Positions 34,360 to 40,210 of a stretch of 40,210 bases of DNA are shown here, piece after piece. The notes under the pieces were generated by a model that saw nothing but the letters and a program-made list of their open reading frames with translations, was not told the origin of the DNA and made no database searches. The stretch lies in UHGV virus genome UHGV-0388459; one strand, 5' to 3'. The position numbers and the translations under genes are program-made. The DNA is from a virus. How positions within the stretch are numbered: the first letter of the stretch is position 1; the number at the start of each line of letters is the position of its first letter.

Positions 34360-34599
34360 TCAACCCTTTTCTTCTTCACTGTATCCATCCTCCACGATTG
34401 CATTGATGATCGGTGACCACGAAAGCGTCAGCCAGCTGATAAAGTTATACATCGTCATGCTGATTTTACTGTATTTACTTTCCAGTGCCTTTACAGTGTC
34501 ATTGAATCCTCTTGCACTCTTTGTTTCCTGTGTTTCCTTGTATGCTTTCCATATGGCATTCTGTATGTCTGCCACGTATTCATGCTTAATCTCACTCAT
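34360..34599 (-). CDS. Hypothetical small protein
   Basis: ORF. Confidence 0.4.
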   Translation of the reverse strand: MSEIKHEYVADIQNAIWKAYKETQETKSARGFNDTVKALESKYSKISMTMYNFISWLTLSWSPIINAIVEDGYSEEEKG

Positions 34600-34600
34600 A

Positions 34601-34803
34601 GTTACACTTTTCTCCTGTTCGTTACAGTCGGTTACAAACTGGCTTGTAACGCTAAACCCCTTGTATTTACTGGCTTAAATGGCATTTTTAAATATCGGTT
34701 ACACGGTTACAACGCTTTTTCCTATATAGGGAGCGGTCTGTGTATATACACACAACACCATATATATATTAAATTCCGTGTGTAACCTTTGTAACTTTGT
34801 AAC
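34601..34803. repeat. Iteron-like array: 9 copies of GTTACA/TGTAAC, a 12-bp palindrome GTGTATATACAC and an AT tract, giving a candidate replication origin
   Basis: GTTACA at 34601, 34621, 34631, 34698 and 34706. TGTAAC at 34645, 34781, 34790 and 34798. Palindrome at 34740-34751. catatatatatt at 34759-34770. Non-coding, directly downstream of the helicase gene. Confidence 0.45.
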
Positions 34804-34811
34804 CGCCCCGC

Positions 34812-36659
34812 CTATTTAAACGGCAATTCTTCTTGATCCGCTGGACTGAATCCATCAGAATCCATCGCACTGTCCAGCTTCAGCCACACGCACCGCACCG
34901 CTTTTTTACCCATTTTTTTATTTTTGGTCTGATTCTTCCCGTCCGTCTGAAGCAGTCCGTTCTTATCCGCCCAGTTCATGAAAGCTTTATAAGAATAGCT
35001 GCCACTTTCGCAGAGATCCTTTACTGCCTGAACGTACATGATTGCATATCCCTGGTCGATAATTCCCCACTGCTCTACATTTACAGCCGCATCAAACCGC
35101 TGGCTATTCATACTGATCTTGTCAAGCAGATACCGGTAGCATCGTTCATGCTCTGACACTTCTGACTGGCTCGCGAGAACCTTTTTTGCACTTTCTATGT
35201 CAATATATTCGCCATCACAAAAGATCCGGTCTGTAGCGATCCGATCGGCTGTCAGGATCACGGACAGGGCTATGCTCTGCTTCTGCATGGCATCGTCCCT
35301 GTAAATTTCCTTTTGGATCTCTGCCTGCATTTCTCTGATCTGATCCACACCGATCTCTTTTATTGCTTTTACAAATTCCTTCCCGGCAAAACCGTAATTC
35401 TTTTTTAAGAAATTGGCGGTATACTGTGGATCGGCAAAAACCTTTTCTCCGCATTCTACTTCGATGATACGGTTAATTGCACCGCCTTGGGTGACGTAGG
35501 AACTTAAGGGACGCTCTCCATTGGTCAGGATGGCATTTTTCCACCGGTTCTCCTTTCGGATTCCCAGTTCTCTGTTCGACCGGCTCTTTCCCTTTCCGGA
35601 ACAGAGATCATATACAACCCCCTCGAAGTTATCTTTAATCCTGGCATTGACCTTGCTTGAATCATCCAGCATCAGCGGGAGATTGTTGAGCAGATCAGAC
35701 CGCACCTCCAGCTGCACGTCCGTGGTCTTAAAATCACCGATATACATACTGTCTGCTGGATTCGCCCAAACAGACGCTGCCAGCATCATAGCAACCGTCT
35801 TTCCGCCTTCTGTCTCGCCCCACAGGTCCACGATAAACGGAAGTGCTCCCAGTAATCCGACCAGGACACTGGCAAAGGATGCTGCGAGGAAAAACTTGAT
35901 TTCCATCCGGTCACGTTTCCGAAGTTCGCAGACATGATTCAACCATTCCATATAGCTTCCTTGCTGCCGGATACTTTCATACAACTGCTTGAACTGCAGA
36001 TCTCCATCAAAGAGGATGTCCGTATCGTATGGTATAAAATCCCCACCAATCCATCCCAGCTTTGACGTAGATTTCTGCAATGGGATATCATTATCATTCA
36101 AATTTTCTACATCCGACAGGTATTTAACCAACAGCTTCGCATTCTCCGAAGTTACGGAAACACCAAGCTTTGACAGACTCACAATTTTGCTGGCAGAAGA
36201 TATGATATCTTTCGGTACCGTAATCTCTGTCCAACGATGATTCCGTTTGTATGCCAGTTTAATCTGTTCTTCTCCTGTTTCAAGATTCTTCAAGCGTCCA
36301 ATCGGGAGGACTGGATGATAGCAGACAATGACCTCATTATCATAATCCTTATTAAATGTCCTTATGCCGTCATCTGCCGCCAGCCATGACCCACATTTCA
36401 TTGCCTCGTATTTTCCGGTAAAATCCGTCCAGTTGCTCAAAGCATTACTACTCCGTCTCTTCTTGTTCATTTCCTGCTCGACTTTTTTGTAAGCTTTTAA
36501 CATCGTGTCGAATCCCTGTTTTACGCCCAGTTCCTTCGCTCTGTCCTGAAAAGAAAGCAGCATCTGTGCCTTTTTTATTTCGTCCTCCTGTTCAAAGATT
36601 TCCGTAAAAACCTCTTCTGCAAGGATACTTTTTTTATCGTATTCACTTAACTTTTTCAT
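34812..36659 (-). CDS. Replication protein with P-loop NTPase (SF3 helicase / DUF927-like) domain
   Basis: Walker A LWGETEGGKTV and Walker B LPLMLDDS. 615 aa. Confidence 0.6.
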   Translation of the reverse strand: MKKLSEYDKKSILAEEVFTEIFEQEDEIKKAQMLLSFQDRAKELGVKQGFDTMLKAYKKVEQEMNKKRRSSNALSNWTDFTGKYEAMKCGSWLAADDGIRTFNKDYDNEVIVCYHPVLPIGRLKNLETGEEQIKLAYKRNHRWTEITVPKDIISSASKIVSLSKLGVSVTSENAKLLVKYLSDVENLNDNDIPLQKSTSKLGWIGGDFIPYDTDILFDGDLQFKQLYESIRQQGSYMEWLNHVCELRKRDRMEIKFFLAASFASVLVGLLGALPFIVDLWGETEGGKTVAMMLAASVWANPADSMYIGDFKTTDVQLEVRSDLLNNLPLMLDDSSKVNARIKDNFEGVVYDLCSGKGKSRSNRELGIRKENRWKNAILTNGERPLSSYVTQGGAINRIIEVECGEKVFADPQYTANFLKKNYGFAGKEFVKAIKEIGVDQIREMQAEIQKEIYRDDAMQKQSIALSVILTADRIATDRIFCDGEYIDIESAKKVLASQSEVSEHERCYRYLLDKISMNSQRFDAAVNVEQWGIIDQGYAIMYVQAVKDLCESGSYSYKAFMNWADKNGLLQTDGKNQTKNKKMGKKAVRCVWLKLDSAMDSDGFSPADQEELPFK

Positions 36660-37152
36660 CTAATGGCCTGCCCGCCTCCTTTTCATATTCGTCATGCAGA
36701 TACAGCTGATACTGTAGTTTGTTGTAACAATCCGTCCAGACATCAGAAAAAGGCTCTGACCTTTTCCACCAGTCCCGGTAAACATCAATCAGGAGATTGT
36801 TCAACGACCTCCTGTCCTTTTCCCTCCGTTGCTGTTTGTCCCTCATTTTTTTTTGCTGATCCGAACGATATCGGACCAACTTTGACTGAAATGTAGGCTT
36901 CTCATATTCACCGCCAAGCAGATAGAATGCGTCTTTAAAGCTGCAACACTCCATTTTCATGACAAACGAAAAGATATCTCCGTGGGCTCCGCAGGCGAAG
37001 CAGTGAAAGTCTCGATCATAAACCTTCATGGATGCGTCCCGATCTCCCTGATGGAATGGACAGTGGATGAACCCTTTCCCGCTTGGCTGCAATCCGTAGC
37101 GGATCAATATATCTCGCATACTATATATTTCTTTGATTTCATCACTCGTCAT
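36643..37152 (-). CDS. CHC2 zinc-finger (DnaG-type primase N-terminal) protein
   Basis: CPFHQGDRDASMKV...FHCFACGAHGDIFSFVMK is the zf-CHC2 signature. No TOPRIM domain follows. Confidence 0.6.
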   Translation of the reverse strand: MTSDEIKEIYSMRDILIRYGLQPSGKGFIHCPFHQGDRDASMKVYDRDFHCFACGAHGDIFSFVMKMECCSFKDAFYLLGGEYEKPTFQSKLVRYRSDQQKKMRDKQQRREKDRRSLNNLLIDVYRDWWKRSEPFSDVWTDCYNKLQYQLYLHDEYEKEAGRPLDEKVK

Positions 37153-37655
37153 AAGTCATCACTCAATATCTCTATGATTCTTTTCCCGGTATCCTTTTTG
37201 TTGCAAAATTCAAATCGGACGTTGTAGCGATCCCGGATGGTACAGAGCGATTTATATAGCTGCTCTCCGTCCACAGCTTTGGCTGACACCACATACCGCT
37301 CCTTTTTTCCATTCACCATTCTCCATCTGACTTCATGCTTTCTCGGGTTTTTCCAAAACCACACATCTTCCAGCGACTGGATATCCGGACCATGCTCCGC
37401 AAGGATCACAAGCCGGATCCCTGCGTCAATCGCCCGGATCAGTTCCTTTTTAAACCTCTCGTGCTGCTGGCAGACATTCCCACATAGCTCCTGCAGGTTC
37501 TGCTTCCGGTCAATGATAAGCCGGGGATTATCCAGGCTCATGTAATCCCCGACCAGCAGCTTACTGGAAAAATGCCCGATGCCATTCTCGTCAAATGTCT
37601 TGATGATCTTCCTGATCGCCCTCGCCTTTTCCCTGCTGTCTATCTGTATATCCAT
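37149..37655 (-). CDS. ERCC4-type (XPF/Hef-like) nuclease domain protein
   Basis: Start at MDIQIDSREK. GDY...IDRK...LQEL resembles the ERCC4 GDF...ERK..DL motif. Confidence 0.45.
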   Translation of the reverse strand: MDIQIDSREKARAIRKIIKTFDENGIGHFSSKLLVGDYMSLDNPRLIIDRKQNLQELCGNVCQQHERFKKELIRAIDAGIRLVILAEHGPDIQSLEDVWFWKNPRKHEVRWRMVNGKKERYVVSAKAVDGEQLYKSLCTIRDRYNVRFEFCNKKDTGKRIIEILSDDL

Positions 37656-37668
37656 TACGATCACGCTC

Positions 37669-38280
37669 CTAATTGAATGGCAGCATCTCGTCCAGTCCAT
37701 CCGGCACGTTCATGAATCCATCTCCTGCTGGAACTGCATTGACCGGATAGTTGTTGATATGATTTTTATATGCCTGTGTTTCCGTAATATCCGGGATCGC
37801 TGCATCTGCCACCTTGTCAATCGACGTGAACCATCTCAGGACACGTTTTTCTAATTCTCTGCCGTTGTAGTAGTCCATCTGAGGACCGTACACCCCACCG
37901 GCCAGCTTGTTCTTGATTCCTGTAAAATCAAACGTATCATTCGCTTTCCAGCAGCTGAATCCCTTATTGGAATGCTCGATACAGGTCACAAACGTCTTGA
38001 ATGATCTGCTGCAGTTCCCGCTATCATCTTCTGTCAGGATGTACTGTGTAGCCTGGTTCGGCCATTTCTTCTCCGGCCGGATATCATTTTTGAATGCTTC
38101 CGTGAAATATCCTGCCTGCTTATCTCCCTGGGCGAAGTCAAAAAATACCACAAGCATCGGCTTGTTAGTCTTCGACATTCGCTCCTCTACACTCTTAATA
38201 ACCAGTCTGTGTCCTCCAAGCTCTACAGGGGTAAATTCCCCCTGAGCCTGTGTATTTTCATAATTCTTAGGTTTCTGCAT
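37669..38280 (-). CDS. DUF669-like protein (partner of the Sak4 ATPase)
   Basis: Position directly after the Sak4-like gene. Confidence 0.4.
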   Translation of the reverse strand: MQKPKNYENTQAQGEFTPVELGGHRLVIKSVEERMSKTNKPMLVVFFDFAQGDKQAGYFTEAFKNDIRPEKKWPNQATQYILTEDDSGNCSRSFKTFVTCIEHSNKGFSCWKANDTFDFTGIKNKLAGGVYGPQMDYYNGRELEKRVLRWFTSIDKVADAAIPDITETQAYKNHINNYPVNAVPAGDGFMNVPDGLDEMLPFN

Positions 38281-38281
38281 G

Positions 38282-38953
38282 TTAAAAATCCTCCAATGCT
38301 TTAAGTACTTCTACAATATCGTTATCAATTTCCATCTGATCAAATGCCCCCATCGGTGACTTGGCTGTACTGTTGTTTGCCTGAGTCTCAAATTTATAGT
38401 GACCATCTACGCATTTGCTCAGGAGAACCGTGGTGAATTTACTTTCAAGCACGATCTTGTCCAGCTTTTTTCCCGATGTCTTAATTCGTGTGAACATATA
38501 TCCGTTCTCATCATGATCCGTCTGGGTGTGAGCTGTGAAGATAATCGTCAGATCATCCCTGTATGTATAGCACTCGCACACGAGATCCCACACGCACGCT
38601 GCAAGATCCACCCACTTGTCATATCCTTTTTCTTTGCTTCGACGCATCTCATCCGCAACCATAAGACCGTTGATCGTATCAACCACAATCACCTTTACAC
38701 TCGGGCAAGCTTCTGCAATACGCTTGATGTACTGGCGGACTATAGTTGCCTCATCGCACGCAAAATAATTCTTATTTTCCTGGCTGTACTGCTTTCGCCA
38801 TCCCTTCCAGGACAGTCCTTTTCCGTCAGCATCAATATAATATGTAGTCTTTGGATCCAGATTTCTCATGGATGTTGTTTTTCCAGAGCCCGATTCTCCC
38901 GCAATACAAATAACTTTTGACATATTTTTCTTCTCCTTATCTATCAAATTCAA
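38282..38953 (-). CDS. Sak4-like RecA-fold AAA ATPase (single-strand annealing/recombination)
   Basis: Walker A VICIAGESGSGKTTS and Walker B VIVVDTI. 223 aa. Confidence 0.65.
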   Translation of the reverse strand: MNLIDKEKKNMSKVICIAGESGSGKTTSMRNLDPKTTYYIDADGKGLSWKGWRKQYSQENKNYFACDEATIVRQYIKRIAEACPSVKVIVVDTINGLMVADEMRRSKEKGYDKWVDLAACVWDLVCECYTYRDDLTIIFTAHTQTDHDENGYMFTRIKTSGKKLDKIVLESKFTTVLLSKCVDGHYKFETQANNSTAKSPMGAFDQMEIDNDIVEVLKALEDF

Positions 38954-39131
38954 TCAGATTCTGCTCGATAGCCTGCAAGATGATTTCGCTCGCAACTGCT
39001 CTAAGGCTTAATCTCGATTCATTTACTACTTCCGCTAATGCACTATAAGCTTCTGGTGTAATTTTGATTACTCCCTGCTGATTTGGTGCAACTGCTTTTC
39101 CAGGAATATGTATCTTTCCGTCCTTCTGCAT
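38937..39131 (-). CDS. Hypothetical small protein
   Basis: ORF. Confidence 0.35.
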   Translation of the reverse strand: MQKDGKIHIPGKAVAPNQQGVIKITPEAYSALAEVVNESRLSLRAVASEIILQAIEQNLIEFDR

Positions 39132-39141
39132 CTCTGTCCTC

Positions 39142-39627
39142 CTATCTGATCCTTAAGCTCTCGCCCTGTTCCAGGTGAGCAAAGTCTGCCTTGTTGTCTT
39201 TGAGCCACTTTTTAAGAGCTGTCTTATCCAACTTCGGCTGCTGTGCAATCCAGTACTCTTCCGGAATATCTTCCTTCCGGTCAATCACTACACTTGGTGG
39301 GTTTTTCTGAATGTTAAATCCAAACAGGTCTGTCTTGAATTTCTTCTTTCCGGTTGCGATCATCGCAGATTCGATGTACTTTTTAAGGTTCTGTGCATTG
39401 CTTATAAGTGCATCCCTCCTCTTCTCCAGGCGGTCAATTTCTGCATCGAGGGTGCTGACTGATCCGTTCAGCTCCTGAATGAGTTTTGCACAGTTATCTG
39501 CTTTCACTTCGATTTCGCCACCGACACCTTCCAAGGTATCGTTTACAACTTCCTGGTCCACAGAATCATCCTCAAGCAGATCTAAAAGCTCCAAATATTC
39601 CTCTGTTAATTTATACAATGTTGCCAT
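39142..39627 (-). CDS. Siphovirus Gp157-family protein
   Basis: MATLYKLTEEYLELLDLLED... N-terminus is typical of Sipho_Gp157. The start at 39627 has better RBS spacing than 39639. Confidence 0.55.
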   Translation of the reverse strand: MATLYKLTEEYLELLDLLEDDSVDQEVVNDTLEGVGGEIEVKADNCAKLIQELNGSVSTLDAEIDRLEKRRDALISNAQNLKKYIESAMIATGKKKFKTDLFGFNIQKNPPSVVIDRKEDIPEEYWIAQQPKLDKTALKKWLKDNKADFAHLEQGESLRIR

Positions 39628-39646
39628 TTCTCTCTCCATCCTTTCC

Positions 39647-39820
39647 TTATTCGTCGTACATCCCGATGATTACTTTTATAACTTCCCTGTCTGAATACGT
39701 TGATGTGCAATTTTTATCTTCCTGCCTCATAAAAGCGATCAGTGAATCCATTTTCCCATCCTGCCGGCACAGACGGGCGTATTCTTCTGCATCAATGCAG
39801 ACTTTTTCTTTTTCTGCCAT
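39647..39820 (-). CDS. Small hypothetical protein (57 aa, not in ORF track)
   Basis: ATG preceded by AAGGAAGG. Product MAEKEKVCIDAEEYARLCRQDGKMDSLIAFMRQEDKNCTSTYSDREVIKVIIGMYDE. Confidence 0.3.
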   Translation of the reverse strand: MAEKEKVCIDAEEYARLCRQDGKMDSLIAFMRQEDKNCTSTYSDREVIKVIIGMYDE

Positions 39821-39906
39821 TGCACTTCCTTCCTTTCTTCTTTATAATGTAATTGGTTATTTTTTCTAAGTGCCTGAGAGGTTGCCGCCTCGCTATGGCA
39901 CTTTCC

Positions 39907-40210
39907 TTACGCATTTTTAAACTTGTACTCCATCAGATCGGCAAGCATAAGGTACTCCTTCCCCATCTTGCTTTCTTTGTGAGTTTCCTTAACTTTTTCC
40001 CTAAACTCTTCAAGCGTTCCGCAGAAGCATCCGCATCGAACGCCAATTCCTCCGTCTTGCAGCCTGAAAAAAGTAGTGGTCCTATACTCTCGACCAAATC
40101 CTTTTGCCGCAGCGTAATCATTCTCTCCGCTTACCCTTGCATCTCCGCTTACCCGTGCATCTCCGCTTACCCTTGCATTTCCGTATACCCTTGCATTTCC
40201 GTATACCCGT
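39907..40210 (-). CDS. C-terminal part of the hexapeptide-repeat protein (enters from beyond the window end)
   Basis: Reverse-strand frame reads ...RVYGNARVYGNARVSGDARVSGDARVSGENDYAAAKGFGREYRTTTFFRLQDGGIGVRCGCFCGTLEEFREKVKETHKESKMGKEYLMLADLMEYKFKNA*. The stop is the reverse complement of 39907-39909. Confidence 0.6.
   Translation of the reverse strand, partial: RVYGNARVYGNARVSGDARVSGDARVSGENDYAAAKGFGREYRTTTFFRLQDGGIGVRCGCFCGTLEEFREKVKETHKESKMGKEYLMLADLMEYKFKNA
40121..40210. repeat. Five tandem 18-bp units identical in type to those at 1..126
   Basis: The last 18 nt equal the first 18 nt of the window. Confidence 0.9.

Noticed and set aside
39845-39880. Hairpin aagtgcc...ggcactt between the small 57-aa gene and the hexapeptide gene
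   Set aside because: 7-bp stem but a ~22-nt loop and no flanking U/A-tract on either strand. Not convincing as a terminator.

Overview
This window reads as a near-complete (~40 kb) temperate siphovirus-like phage genome from a Firmicutes/Clostridia-type host. Almost every gene is on the minus strand. It appears to be cut inside a single hexapeptide-repeat gene: the same 18-bp coding tandem repeat sits at both window ends, which is consistent with a circular or circularly permuted element. Reading the minus strand from high to low coordinates, the modules are as follows. An early/replication module (39.6-34.8 kb) holds a Gp157-like gene, a Sak4-like ATPase, a DUF669-like protein, an ERCC4-type nuclease, a CHC2 zinc-finger primase-like gene and a P-loop SF3/DUF927-like helicase; next to it is an iteron-rich candidate origin at 34.6-34.8 kb. 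Small early genes follow, including DUF551 and a Lar-like restriction-alleviation protein. A sigma-70 region-4/ArpU-like late regulator comes next, followed by a leader with hairpins and a terminator. The packaging/head module holds TerS, TerL, an SPP1-like portal, a MuF head-morphogenesis protein with a C-terminal anthrax-lethal-factor-like HEXXH metallopeptidase domain, a small acidic partner, an orphan HsdM-like N6-adenine methyltransferase with a half-S subunit, a Prp-like protease, scaffold, HK97-like major capsid protein and connector genes. The tail module holds the major tail protein, chaperones, a 1380-aa tape measure protein, Dit/Tal-like genes and fibres, and is followed by a PBSX-like XkdW/XkdX/XhlA-holin-NlpC/P60 lysin cassette. 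A three-gene accessory cassette with a duplicated promoter-operator module lies next to a candidate attP. On the plus strand are a tyrosine integrase, a large DUF4041 coiled-coil/T5orf172 (GIY-YIG-like) protein, an ImmA-like peptidase and an XRE cI-like repressor, which faces a Cro-like gene across a three-operator switch. The most interesting items are the MuF-metallopeptidase polymorphic-toxin-like fusion with its acidic partner and methyltransferase/S island, the DUF4041-T5orf172 gene in the lysogeny module, the duplicated-operator accessory cassette, the inverted sequence blocks flanking int, and the iteron array. No rRNA, tRNA or CRISPR array was seen. All calls rest on motif recognition by eye; no searches were run.
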